A stretch of 64,000 bases of DNA from an uncultured Clostridia bacterium (GTDB lineage Bacteria; Bacillota; Clostridia; TANB77; CAG-508), in assembly GCA_948676835.1 (NCBI GenBank), contig CAPOZU010000001.1, positions 58,633 through 122,632 of the forward strand, given 5' to 3'. Under the pieces are notes generated by a model, which did no database searches, was not told the origin of the DNA, and was given only the letters and a program-made list of their open reading frames with translations. Of this stretch, positions 1-10,116 are shown one piece after another; position 1 is the stretch's first letter, and every line of letters begins with the position of its first letter. A program made the translations under genes and the position numbers.

Positions 1-848
1 TATTTTTTGTATTTCCTAAAACTTCTATTTTACACTCATTTAATATTTTAATGATATTCGCTATTTTATTTATATGATTTATTGCATCTTTATTATCTGC
101 ATATTTATATACCTTGTCTTTTCTAATAATAGTTTTAATTCTATTCTCTTTTTTTCTTGTAATACTAAAACTTACAAATCTAATATCTTCAAAATTTTCA
201 TTTTTTGATACTTCTATAAAAAATGAATTTGCAAAAAAAGGAAACATTTTTTTATCTGCACTTACTAATTGCTTATAAGCATCTCTTTCTGAAAAATTCA
301 AAAATTCTTCTTCACCACAAAATGTTAATACTCGTGCATCTATATTATCATTATTAGGTAAAAAATCATCTGTATATATTACATTAGTTATTTCATAATC
401 TGGTAATGGATAATAGAATTTATATTTTAGATTTAAATTTTCTAGTATTTTCTTTATTTGTGATAAACTCAAAATATTATCATTAGACTTAACAATACTA
501 TCAAAAGCTTCTGCATCTAAATTTATTCTATCTCCTGCGAAATATTTCATTGCAAATTTATTCTTCATAGCTAAAAGAATTTTTCCATTTTCATTTAATT
601 TATTCGTAGCACATTCTAATAAATCTTTTATTTCATCTAGACTTAATTTTTCAAAAGTTCCAATTAATGTAATATAATCAAATTTATCTGTTATTTCTTT
701 AAGGTTTTCTGTAACCTTAACTTTACTTGTTTTTAATTTTAATTCTTGCAGAATATAACTATTTTCTCCTACTTGCAAAACAGTATCTTCTTCTTTAATT
801 GGATACCATGATATAATATTTTTTTTAAATTCAAGTAATTCTTCCATA
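1..848 (-). CDS. SAM-dependent methyltransferase-like protein; C-terminus cut by window start, N-terminus at 848
   Basis: Minus-strand open frame runs to position 1 with its ATG at 846-848 (MEELLEFKKNIISWYPIKEED...VLQVGENSYIL...). The glycine-containing motif resembles class I methyltransferases, and the gene sits at the edge of the Wzm/Wzt export locus. Confidence 0.45.
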
Positions 849-865
849 CTTATTTCCTTTTTATT

Positions 866-2140
866 TTAAATTTTAGAAATTTTAATTTCTGAATCTAGTC
901 TAACTAAACCAACTGTATTTTTAGTTGTTATTATTTCAATTAAAAGCGCATCATATTTTCTACTTAATGCCTCTAAATCTCCTTGAAGATTATATTTAGT
1001 ACAACTAAATGAAACTGTATATTTTCCAGGAGCTATAGGAATTTTTTGAGTAAATTCTGCAATTGCAGTTTCTCCAGCTTCAAATTTTCCAGTAATAACT
1101 TTCTCTATATTAGTATTTGTTCCAGCAACATCTTTTCCTGCAAAATCTTTTATTGTTAAAGTAAAAATTGGATCTTTAACTTGAGTATAAAACTTCACTT
1201 TAGATTTAAAAGTTATTGTATCTTGATTATCAAAAACATTCACTAAATTTTCTTCACTATCAAAACTTCCATAATCTATAACTTCTGCTTCATTATTTCC
1301 ATATTCAATCATGTTTGGATTTTTGTTTAATTTATCCTTCCAAAATTCAGCACTATTATTTTCATTTTCTTTTTTTATAATTTTCTTTGTTTCATCTTCA
1401 TCTGGATTTATTCCAACAATTATTTTTTTATATCTATTTACTCCATCTTTAACAGATCCATCGAATGTTTTTCTACCATTTTCTAAGATAATTGCTCTAT
1501 TACAATTTGATAAAACATCTGCAACATTATGTGTAACAAATATAATTGTTTTTCCTTTTTCTTTAAATTGTTCAAATTTTTTAAAACATTTTAATTGAAA
1601 TGCCATATCTCCAACAGATAAAACTTCATCTACTATAAGAATATCTGGATCAACATTTATTGCACAGGCAAAAGCTAAACGAGCAAACATACCTGATGAA
1701 TATGTTTTTACTGGTTGTGACAAATGCTCGCCAATGTCTGCAAATTCAATAATTTCTTTTTCTTTTTGTTTTATTTCTTCATCTGAAAGCCCCATAACTT
1801 GTCCATGTTGATATATATTTTCATATCCTGTAAGTTCTGGGTTGAAAGCAGCTCCAAGTTCTAAAAGCGAACTTATTTTTCCATTAACTTCTATTGTTCC
1901 AGAGCTCTGAGTTGCTACACCAGTAATCATTTTTAAAAGAGTAGATTTTCCTGCTCCATTTTTCCCAAGTATACCAAGAACTTCTCCCTTTTTTAATTCC
2001 AAATTTAAATTATCTAAAGCTCTAAAAGTATCATGTTTTTCATATCCTGGAATAATTGTTTCAAACAATCTATCTTTCTTGCTTTTAAACATTTTATATT
2101 CTTTTACTAAATTGGTAATTTTTATTACAGTATCACTCAT
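866..2140 (-). CDS. wzt: Polysaccharide/O-antigen ABC exporter ATP-binding protein (Wzt/TagH type) with an extended C-terminal domain
   Basis: Walker A GKNGAGKST and the ABC signature LSSGM are present. The 424-aa length implies an extra C-terminal domain of about 170 aa, as in Wzt carbohydrate-binding modules. Confidence 0.85.
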   Translation of the reverse strand: MSDTVIKITNLVKEYKMFKSKKDRLFETIIPGYEKHDTFRALDNLNLELKKGEVLGILGKNGAGKSTLLKMITGVATQSSGTIEVNGKISSLLELGAAFNPELTGYENIYQHGQVMGLSDEEIKQKEKEIIEFADIGEHLSQPVKTYSSGMFARLAFACAINVDPDILIVDEVLSVGDMAFQLKCFKKFEQFKEKGKTIIFVTHNVADVLSNCNRAIILENGRKTFDGSVKDGVNRYKKIIVGINPDEDETKKIIKKENENNSAEFWKDKLNKNPNMIEYGNNEAEVIDYGSFDSEENLVNVFDNQDTITFKSKVKFYTQVKDPIFTLTIKDFAGKDVAGTNTNIEKVITGKFEAGETAIAEFTQKIPIAPGKYTVSFSCTKYNLQGDLEALSRKYDALLIEIITTKNTVGLVRLDSEIKISKI

Positions 2141-2162
2141 ATAATAGATATCCTTTCGAAAT

Positions 2163-3125
2163 TTACTTTCTAAATTTTAATAGAAATCTTACTAAAAATG
2201 GAACATTAAGTATTAAAAAATTTTCTAAATTATAAACAAATCCTTCATACTTATACAATTTGAAAAATAAGTTCCATTTTCTGAAATTGATATTTTTCTT
2301 TTTCTCTAGCATTTTATAGTATTCTAATGCTTCTTTATTTAATTTTTTGATTTTTTCATCTATAAATTTATCTTCATTTTCAATAAAAACTGTAAAGTGT
2401 TCTATTTTTACACTAATAAATAAACTTCTAATTTCTTCAAAACTTTTTAATTCATCTGTTTTTTTCTTAGATCCTACTTTATTATTTTTATGTTGTCTGT
2501 ATTTTATTAAAGGTTCTTCTATATATGTTATTTTATATTTCTGACTTAATATTAATGGAATCCAATAATCATGTAATACAAATTTACTTGTATTTGGAAG
2601 TGGAAGAACTTCACTTATAAGTTCTCCTTTGGAAAGAATCGTACACCCTGTAACAAAATTATTTAAATATAAACTCTCGAAATTATTATATTTTTTTATT
2701 TTATTATAAATCCCTTTAAGTTTCCAATATGATTCATAAGTTACATTTAAATTTTCATCCACAACTTCTAAATCTGTATATACTAAATCACTATTTGTTT
2801 CTTCAAGAGTTTGTATTGATTTTTCTATTTTATTTTCTTTCCAAATATCATCTTGGTCTGAAAACATATAATATTTACTCTCTACTTTTTTTAATAAGAA
2901 TTCAAAGTTTTTTACAACTCCTAAGTTTTTTTCTTGATTAAATACTATAATTCTTTTATCTTTTTCTACATATTCAGCTAAAATTTCTCTTGTACTATCT
3001 ACTGATAAATCATCTGAAATTAGTAATCTAAAATTAGAATAACTCTGTGATAAAATACTATCTAATTGTTCTCTTAAATATTGCTGTCCATTATATGTTG
3101 CAAGTAATATATCTATTTTTTCCAT
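2163..3125 (-). CDS. Family 2 glycosyltransferase
   Basis: N-terminus ILLATYNGQQYLREQLDSILSQSY...LLISDDLSVDSTREIL and the DQDD motif are typical of GT2 (GT-A fold) enzymes. Confidence 0.8.
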   Translation of the reverse strand: MEKIDILLATYNGQQYLREQLDSILSQSYSNFRLLISDDLSVDSTREILAEYVEKDKRIIVFNQEKNLGVVKNFEFLLKKVESKYYMFSDQDDIWKENKIEKSIQTLEETNSDLVYTDLEVVDENLNVTYESYWKLKGIYNKIKKYNNFESLYLNNFVTGCTILSKGELISEVLPLPNTSKFVLHDYWIPLILSQKYKITYIEEPLIKYRQHKNNKVGSKKKTDELKSFEEIRSLFISVKIEHFTVFIENEDKFIDEKIKKLNKEALEYYKMLEKKKNINFRKWNLFFKLYKYEGFVYNLENFLILNVPFLVRFLLKFRK

Positions 3126-3142
3126 TTGTTAAACCTTCCATT

Positions 3143-3964
3143 TTATAATACATCTGCAAAATCTTTTTTAGATTTTTTAAATATAACATTTCCCCAACAA
3201 AATAAAAGTACTGTTATAACCCAAAAAATTATTGTAAATAATCCATTATTATCTGTTATAATAGTTGAATTTTCCATAAATGCTTGTCTAAATCCTTCTA
3301 CTAAATAAGTAAATGGAAATGCTTTAAAAACATATATTAATTTTCCACCCATTTTGTCTGCTATCATATCTAAATTCCAAATTATAGGTGTAAACCACAT
3401 ACATAATTGAATAACTATGTTTAATAATTGTGCAAAATCTGGTACTAATGTTGTTATGCTTGATGTAAACCTTGTTAGTGCAATTATAAAACATATTAAG
3501 CAAAATAATATATAAATTACATTTAAAATATTTGGTATATATCCAAAAAGCGATGATATGACAATTGCAATTGCCATTAAAAATATTCCTACAAAACATG
3601 ACGATGTTAATGAAATAACTGGAATAATATCTATTGGAAATACTACTTTTTTTACTAAGTAACTATAATTTCTTATTGAATTACTTGCAGTTAATATTGC
3701 ATCACTACAAAAAAGCCATATAGACATTCCTGGTAAAAACCAGACTACATAAGGATAATTTCCATTACTTCCTGTATGCAAAATATATTGAAATACTATT
3801 ACATAAGTAAGCATAAATACAAATGGCTGTGCAAATCCCCATATGGCACCTAGACCAGTGCCTGCAAATCTATTTCTAAAATCATTTTTTCCTAATTTAA
3901 TTACTAGTTTTCTATTATTAAAAAGTGTTTTAAAAAAATCCATATTTACTTCCTTTTCCACCAC
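3143..3964 (-). CDS. wzm: ABC-2 type polysaccharide exporter permease (Wzm/TagG type)
   Basis: 273-aa protein with six predicted transmembrane helices, adjacent to the wzt ATPase, with ABC-2 family architecture. Confidence 0.8.
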   Translation of the reverse strand: MVEKEVNMDFFKTLFNNRKLVIKLGKNDFRNRFAGTGLGAIWGFAQPFVFMLTYVIVFQYILHTGSNGNYPYVVWFLPGMSIWLFCSDAILTASNSIRNYSYLVKKVVFPIDIIPVISLTSSCFVGIFLMAIAIVISSLFGYIPNILNVIYILFCLICFIIALTRFTSSITTLVPDFAQLLNIVIQLCMWFTPIIWNLDMIADKMGGKLIYVFKAFPFTYLVEGFRQAFMENSTIITDNNGLFTIIFWVITVLLFCWGNVIFKKSKKDFADVL

Positions 3965-4053
3965 TAAAAATTCGAAGTTATTATATCATTAAGCACTTTG
4001 AATATCAACACTTTAATGTGTTTTCTTTGTAACTTCTTTGCATTTTTTAATAA

Positions 4054-4082
4054 TTGATTTTTTTATAAAAAAGTTGTATAAT
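4054..4082 (+). promoter_or_regulatory. Sigma-70-type promoter TTGATT-17nt-TATAAT driving GC-rich cassette 1
   Basis: TTGATT at 4054-4059, a 17-nt spacer, TATAAT at 4077-4082, about 55 nt upstream of the ribosome-binding site AAAGGAGA at 4137-4144. Confidence 0.45.
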
Positions 4083-4150
4083 ATTCTTATGTAAACACAT
4101 TTTTCGATAGCAATTTATTCTAAGGGGTATATCCCAAAAGGAGAATGATT

Positions 4151-4435
4151 ATGGCAAGACGGAACGACAAGAAACTCGCAGATCTCATGAACGCAAGAAC
4201 TTTCGTCCAACACGTAGTCGATCAACTGGAAAGATACGGCAAAACCAAACAGCAGAATTCCGCTATGGAAAGCTGTATCCAAATGCTGCCTGCGCTAAGC
4301 ACCCAACCCGCCCTAAGGAGAAGATATCTGGACATGCTCAACCGTGTCATCAAAGATAAATATTCTCCCAACATCGTACTCACTTACTTTAAGCGCGAAG
4401 ACAGTAATCTGCGTGCAAAAATCGCAGAGTTTTAA
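4151..4435 (+). CDS. Hypothetical 95-aa protein, compositionally foreign (about 46% GC); the track ATG at 4145 is an alternative start
   Basis: ATG at 4151 follows the ribosome-binding site AAAGGAGA with a 6-nt gap. Codon usage and GC are very different from the flanking wzm and galE. Protein MARRNDKKLADLMNARTFVQHVVDQLERYGK... has no recognisable family. Confidence 0.5.
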   Translation: MARRNDKKLADLMNARTFVQHVVDQLERYGKTKQQNSAMESCIQMLPALSTQPALRRRYLDMLNRVIKDKYSPNIVLTYFKREDSNLRAKIAEF

Positions 4436-4449
4436 TCAAAACACAATAC

Positions 4450-4485
4450 AAAACGAGGTGTGCCAATCCTGGCATACCTCGTTTT
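4450..4485. terminator. Bidirectional rho-independent terminator (16-bp GC-rich stem, ATCC loop) shared by cassette 1 and convergent galE
   Basis: AAAACGAGGTGTGCCA-atcc-TGGCATACCTCGTTTT with an A-run on one side and a T-run on the other. Confidence 0.7.
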
Positions 4486-4494
4486 GCTATCTTT

Positions 4495-5496
4495 TTATTT
4501 TTCTAAACTTTTTTCATAATTCCAAGAATCCCTACAAATATCTTCTATAGTTTTTTCTGTTTTCCATTTTAATTCTTTTAGTGCTTTTGTGCTATCAGCA
4601 AAATATTCTGGCAAATCTCCTGGTCTTCTATCAACAATTTTATAATTCACTTTTATATTATTTACTTTTTCAAATGTTGTTACAAGTTCTAATACACTAA
4701 CACCTTTTCCTGAACCCAAATTATAAACATTCAGTCCGTCTGGAGCATTTTGCAAAGCTTTTACATGTCCTTTCGCCAAATCTACAACATGTATGTAATC
4801 TCTTACTCCTGTTCCATCTACTGTTGGGTAATCATTTCCAAAAATATTTAAAGTATCTAATTTTCCACTAGCAACTTTCATTACATATGGCATTAAATTA
4901 TTTGGAATCCCATTTGGTTCTTCTCCAATTAATCCTGATTCATGTGCACCAACTGGATTGAAATATCTTAATAAAGTTATATTCCATGAATTATCTGAAA
5001 AGTACAAATCTTCTAATATTTTTTCAATCATAGCTTTTGTTGTTCCATATGGGCTTGTAGTTTTTCCTCTTCCCATAGTTTCAATATATTTTATTTCTCC
5101 ATTATCTCCATATACTGTTGCAGAAGATGAAAAAATAAATTTTCTAACATTATATTTTTGCATAACTTCTAAAAGATTTGTTGTTGATATTAAATTGTTT
5201 GAATAATACATTAATGGCTTTTTTACAGATTCTCCTACTGCCTTATATCCAGCAAAATGAATTACTGCCTCTATATTTTTTTCAATTTCAAATATTTCAT
5301 CAACCTTTGATTTATCAGTTAAATCATATTTATATAATTTAATCTTCTTTCCTGTTATTTTCTCAAGTTTTTCTAAAACCTCTTCCTTACTATTATAAAG
5401 ATTGTCTACAATTATTACATCAAAATTAGAATTTACAAGTTCAACTACTGTATGTGAACCTATAAAGCCTAATCCTCCTGTTACTAATATTTTCAT
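4495..5496 (-). CDS. galE: UDP-glucose 4-epimerase
   Basis: MKILVTGGLGFIGSHTVVEL... Rossmann GxxGxxG motif, a YxxxK catalytic dyad, and a 333-aa length typical of GalE. Confidence 0.85.
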   Translation of the reverse strand: MKILVTGGLGFIGSHTVVELVNSNFDVIIVDNLYNSKEEVLEKLEKITGKKIKLYKYDLTDKSKVDEIFEIEKNIEAVIHFAGYKAVGESVKKPLMYYSNNLISTTNLLEVMQKYNVRKFIFSSSATVYGDNGEIKYIETMGRGKTTSPYGTTKAMIEKILEDLYFSDNSWNITLLRYFNPVGAHESGLIGEEPNGIPNNLMPYVMKVASGKLDTLNIFGNDYPTVDGTGVRDYIHVVDLAKGHVKALQNAPDGLNVYNLGSGKGVSVLELVTTFEKVNNIKVNYKIVDRRPGDLPEYFADSTKALKELKWKTEKTIEDICRDSWNYEKSLEK

Positions 5497-5498
5497 TT

Positions 5499-6254
5499 TT
5501 ATTCCCCTTTCATTACTCTATAAATAATAAAGTTTGCAGTTTCAGCAATTCTTTCAAATCCGAAATAATGTAATTCTACATTTATTACTAGGCCTCTATC
5601 TAATACTATGTAGTTACAGTCATTATCAAATGCCATTTGCACTATATCTTCTGAAATTCCAGAATGCATTATTCTTACATATTCATTATCCTGATATCCT
5701 GTAGGTTCTCTTCTATATGCAAGTTTTATACTTGGTTCAACTTGTCTTATATATGGAACTAGCTGTTCAGATGTAAGTGCTTTTTTATTTTCTTCATCAC
5801 CTTGCCTTATTATTTCTACAACTTCCAAAACTTCATCTGGTACTTTATATAAATTATTAACTTTTTTATAATTATCCTTATTATAAATAAGTTTTCCACT
5901 TATAATTATAACTACAATTACTGCTAATGTTGAAATTACCTGTTTCGTTTTTCCATTTATACTATTTATAAATTTTACTCCTGCATATGCAATTACAATC
6001 CCAAGTGGTAACATCCAATATACTCTCCAATATACTGCATCTGTAAGTATACTTCCTACTAACTTATTAAAAATTGGATTTAAAGTTATTAATAGAATTA
6101 TAATAGAAAAATAAATTAAAAAGGCTTTTATCTTTTTATCCTTTTCTTTTATAAAAATATATATCATTGATATAAAAAATAATACAATATACATTCCAGA
6201 ACCTTGAAATTCTAGAAATGTTTGTTTTATTATTTTTATATTTTCTTCAAACAT
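5499..6254 (-). CDS. Hypothetical membrane protein (N-terminal transmembrane helices plus soluble C-terminal domain)
   Basis: 251-aa open frame with a good coding signal, three or four hydrophobic helices, and no recognisable motif. Confidence 0.45.
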   Translation of the reverse strand: MFEENIKIIKQTFLEFQGSGMYIVLFFISMIYIFIKEKDKKIKAFLIYFSIIILLITLNPIFNKLVGSILTDAVYWRVYWMLPLGIVIAYAGVKFINSINGKTKQVISTLAVIVVIIISGKLIYNKDNYKKVNNLYKVPDEVLEVVEIIRQGDEENKKALTSEQLVPYIRQVEPSIKLAYRREPTGYQDNEYVRIMHSGISEDIVQMAFDNDCNYIVLDRGLVINVELHYFGFERIAETANFIIYRVMKGE

Positions 6255-6277
6255 TATTTCCTCCTATTTTCTTACAA

Positions 6278-7390
6278 TCACTTGCACAAAAGATTATATA
6301 AATAACTTCCAGTTTCTAAAAAATATGGTGCAAAATGAAAAATTCCACAAATAATAGATGGCACGCAGCTTATTAAACATACAACCATACTTTTTATTGC
6401 TTTACCAACTTTAAATTGTTTAGATAAAATTTTATATATTTCATACGAAAACCATAAAACCATTATTATAATTGGTGGAAGTGCAGCCCCTAATGTCGTT
6501 GTGAATGTTCCCGCAAAGTTTAAAATAAGTAATAATAAAAAGTCTACAAATTTAAATCCGTTATCTTCTGCTTTCATCATAATTAACCAGGTAGCTGGTA
6601 TTATTATATTTGCAAGTACAGATTTTCCTTGCCATATACGGAAAAATAAAAATGCAAAATTAGTTCTTCCAGAATAGCCTCCCCATATAAATACAATATT
6701 TATTATTAGTAAAAATAGTATACTTGATTTTATATCTTTTTTAAACAATTCATTTGCTATTAATAAATATATAGAATAAACGATTGGAACAAATATAAAA
6801 GGTAAAATCGTATGCGATACAATTGCAGGTTGTATATTTATTAATTTTGATACTATTGCAGAATATATTGGAAATGGTCCTAATCTGTATCTTAAAAGAA
6901 ATTGCTCTCCATCATCTAATCCAGTAGTTCCTGAATATTTAAATAAAGAATCAGTTTCAAGTGTAGTAGTTGCGGTTCCGACATAAAAAGAATCATCTTC
7001 ATCTATATGTGTATAAACCAAAAATCCATATAATTGAATTCCTACTACAATTATTACTAATATTGTTAATAGTTTAGGCAATTCTTTTATAGTTTGTATT
7101 GCATATTGAAAAATTTCTTTTATTCTTATAGTATTAACAAGTAAAGATATTGCAGCAAGTACTAGCATTATTATAGAATATGTTTTTAATAATATTGTAA
7201 AAGATACTTCATAAAGAATCATTGGGACTGTAAGAATTTGCGCAATTGCAAATTCTACTAGATATCCAATTACAAATGCATAAATAAGATTATTTTTATC
7301 ATTTTTATTAAATCTTACAACTAATAATCCTACTAACTCTGGAATAATAAATAAAACTAGTAGTGACATTAACATTTTTAAAATAATCAT
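6278..7390 (-). CDS. Polytopic membrane protein, possible EpsG/Wzy-like polysaccharide polymerase
   Basis: 370 aa with about ten transmembrane helices in a polysaccharide locus. Assignment is by context only. Confidence 0.4.
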   Translation of the reverse strand: MIILKMLMSLLVLFIIPELVGLLVVRFNKNDKNNLIYAFVIGYLVEFAIAQILTVPMILYEVSFTILLKTYSIIMLVLAAISLLVNTIRIKEIFQYAIQTIKELPKLLTILVIIVVGIQLYGFLVYTHIDEDDSFYVGTATTTLETDSLFKYSGTTGLDDGEQFLLRYRLGPFPIYSAIVSKLINIQPAIVSHTILPFIFVPIVYSIYLLIANELFKKDIKSSILFLLIINIVFIWGGYSGRTNFAFLFFRIWQGKSVLANIIIPATWLIMMKAEDNGFKFVDFLLLLILNFAGTFTTTLGAALPPIIIMVLWFSYEIYKILSKQFKVGKAIKSMVVCLISCVPSIICGIFHFAPYFLETGSYLYNLLCK

Positions 7391-8709
7391 TCTTCTTTTT
7401 CATTTTCTCCTTTAATTTCTTCTGTATTATCCTGCTTTTTAGCTTCTATTATTTTTATACTATTTGCATGTAACAATGGTATAGTTAAAAAGAATATTAA
7501 ACAAATAGTATCTGAACTTCCTATTGAAAATCTTCCAAAACTTTCAAACATAATATATATTCCATAAGTAATATACATTACCAAATATAATCTTTTGAAT
7601 TTTTTATCCAAATCTGATTTTAATACTTTTTTTATAATAGTAAAATAGATAAATCCGAAATATAAGAATCCTACTAATCCTGCTGTTAATAATAAATCAA
7701 TATAAATATTATGAAATTGAGTAAATACTTTTCCATCAATATTTAATAATTTAGTGGATTGAAATCTTCCAACACCAAATATAAAATTTATTGGTGATGA
7801 AAATAATAAATCTGTACCTACTTTCCAAATTTCGGTTCTACCAGATAAATCTTTAATTCGTTCAATCCTTAAGAAATATTTATCAATAGTATTCCATAGT
7901 TTTGGAATATACATTTTAATTGCAATAAACGCTATTATTGCCAAAATGCATAAACTTACTATTGTAATTATTTTTGTTTTTTTACTAATTTTATCTGTAA
8001 ACAAAAACATTAATCCAAATAAAATTATAATAGCCATTATACCTGTTCTAGACATTGTTAATAATAAATTAAGTAAAAATATAGGTAATGTTATTTTATA
8101 TATTAATTTGTTTGATTTTTGCATAACAAAAAAGTCTGAAATAATTCCTAAATATAAGAAAAAGGCAAATTGATTTCTATTGGCAAAAAAGCTTTTTATA
8201 TTAACCCATTCTTTAGATTTTATAAATCCCATTGTAATTAAAATTTCTTTAAAATATAAAATAACATTTACTAAACAAGCTGCTAAGCTCATATATATTA
8301 TGCATTTAAAAAAACTATAGATATATTCTTCTTTAATTTTTACATTTAGTAGTAACACTATTAGTAATAAAATATTAATGAAAATACAACCAATATTTAT
8401 TATATCCATAAATGAAACTTGCCCTGTTGTAAAAAAGTTTATTGCTTGGAATGCTAATAAAACAAATGTAATAATTGATAATAAAATTAAATTGAATTTT
8501 GTTTCTTTTTCTATTTTTACTTTTTTAAATAGATATCCTACTAACATTAATATTTCTATAATAAAACAAATCATCATCGGAATAGTTCCTACTCCAAAAG
8601 ATTCTTTACTAACCATATTAGGTAAAATTAATGGTATATAATTTATTAAAATAATCATAAATAAAATTATTGGCAAATTTAATTTTTCTCTAATTTTCTT
8701 TAAAAACAT
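7387..8709 (-). CDS. O-antigen ligase/Wzy-like polymerase family membrane protein (paralog A)
   Basis: 440 aa and multi-transmembrane. The C-terminal block GRFSIGSSDTICLIFFLTIPLLHANS and an internal NRNQFAFFLYLG motif are shared with the next gene. Confidence 0.55.
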   Translation of the reverse strand: MFLKKIREKLNLPIILFMIILINYIPLILPNMVSKESFGVGTIPMMICFIIEILMLVGYLFKKVKIEKETKFNLILLSIITFVLLAFQAINFFTTGQVSFMDIINIGCIFINILLLIVLLLNVKIKEEYIYSFFKCIIYMSLAACLVNVILYFKEILITMGFIKSKEWVNIKSFFANRNQFAFFLYLGIISDFFVMQKSNKLIYKITLPIFLLNLLLTMSRTGIMAIIILFGLMFLFTDKISKKTKIITIVSLCILAIIAFIAIKMYIPKLWNTIDKYFLRIERIKDLSGRTEIWKVGTDLLFSSPINFIFGVGRFQSTKLLNIDGKVFTQFHNIYIDLLLTAGLVGFLYFGFIYFTIIKKVLKSDLDKKFKRLYLVMYITYGIYIMFESFGRFSIGSSDTICLIFFLTIPLLHANSIKIIEAKKQDNTEEIKGENEKEE

Positions 8710-10108
8710 TTTCTTTTTTTCCTTCTATATCTTCTATATTTTCATTCTCTAAATATGTGGAATTTTGTATTTCACATTTATCAATTTTTGCAATACTATT
8801 AGAATGTAATAAAGGTATTGTTATAAAAAAGATTATTCCTAAACAGTCTGAACCACCTATTGAAAATCTTCCTAAACTTTCTGAAATCATATATATAAAA
8901 TAAGTTATGTATAATATCACATATATTATTTTATATCTTTTATCCATTTTTTTAGATATTATTACCTTTACAAAAACAAATAAATATATTGATATAAAAT
9001 ACACAAGTTCAATTATACCACCAGAAACTAAAAATTCTATGTAAGTATTATGAAATTGAGTAAATGGTAATTTAGCATTATTTATAGCCTCTACACCCTT
9101 AAATCTTCCTGCGCCAAAAATAAGCGTTTGTTTGCTTTCTTTTGCAACAGATAATGCAACATCCCATATGTTCGTTCTTCCAGTTAATGTATCAATACTT
9201 TTTACTCTTATAAGCTTATCCATTAGTAGTTCTGGATTATACTCATATAAATAGGAAATTCCTTTGTATCCTACTATTCCTAAAATGATAATTAAAGCAA
9301 TTTTAGGTAAAATTTTTATTCTATCAGTAAATATTAAATATAATCCTAAAAATAATGCAGTAACTACTAGTCCTGTTCTTGATTGTGTAAATACCATATT
9401 AAATAAAAATAGTAATATACAAGCTATATAAAATACTACACGTAACACGCGATATACTTTTGATTTTATTGTTGGGGTTTTAGCAATTAAAATAACTGCA
9501 GAAACTACACAAGTAAATAATACATACGCAAACTGATTTTTTTGAGCAAAAAAGCTTTTTGATTCTATTATTTTTGTATCTATTGTTATTATTTTTAAAG
9601 AAGCTAAAATATCTTCTTTATAAATAATATAGTTATATACACAAGATACAATTCCAAATACAATCATAAGTCTCATAAAATTATATATATACTTTTCGTC
9701 CAATTCCATATTCATTAATACTACAAATAAAAATAATACATTAACAAATTTACAAGCTATATTAAATATATCATATAAATAATATGTTCCTGTTTTTACA
9801 TTTAAATATTGAACTATTGTCCACATTATAGTAACACTAAGTAATATTACAAATTGTATAATCATTGCTTTAGAAATTTTTATCTTTTTTATATAAAAGA
9901 TACATAATATTATAAATCCAATTCCAAATGCTGGTACTAATGTATCTGTCCCTGCAGCAAAGGATTCTTTGGTATTATAATTTAATTTTATCAATGTAAA
10001 ATAATTTAAAAATATCATAATAAATAGAATAATTGGTAATAGATTTTTACTCCAAATTCTTTGTATAATATTTTCTTCTTTTCTTCTTTTTAATTTTCTG
10101 CTATCCAT
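8690..10108 (-). CDS. O-antigen ligase/Wzy-like polymerase family membrane protein (paralog B)
   Basis: 472 aa. Clear paralog of 7387-8709 (GRFSIGGSDCLGIIFFITIPLLHSNS; KNQFAYVLFTCV). Confidence 0.55.
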   Translation of the reverse strand: MDSRKLKRRKEENIIQRIWSKNLLPIILFIMIFLNYFTLIKLNYNTKESFAAGTDTLVPAFGIGFIILCIFYIKKIKISKAMIIQFVILLSVTIMWTIVQYLNVKTGTYYLYDIFNIACKFVNVLFLFVVLMNMELDEKYIYNFMRLMIVFGIVSCVYNYIIYKEDILASLKIITIDTKIIESKSFFAQKNQFAYVLFTCVVSAVILIAKTPTIKSKVYRVLRVVFYIACILLFLFNMVFTQSRTGLVVTALFLGLYLIFTDRIKILPKIALIIILGIVGYKGISYLYEYNPELLMDKLIRVKSIDTLTGRTNIWDVALSVAKESKQTLIFGAGRFKGVEAINNAKLPFTQFHNTYIEFLVSGGIIELVYFISIYLFVFVKVIISKKMDKRYKIIYVILYITYFIYMISESLGRFSIGGSDCLGIIFFITIPLLHSNSIAKIDKCEIQNSTYLENENIEDIEGKKENVFKEN

Positions 10109-10116
10109 TTTTCCTC

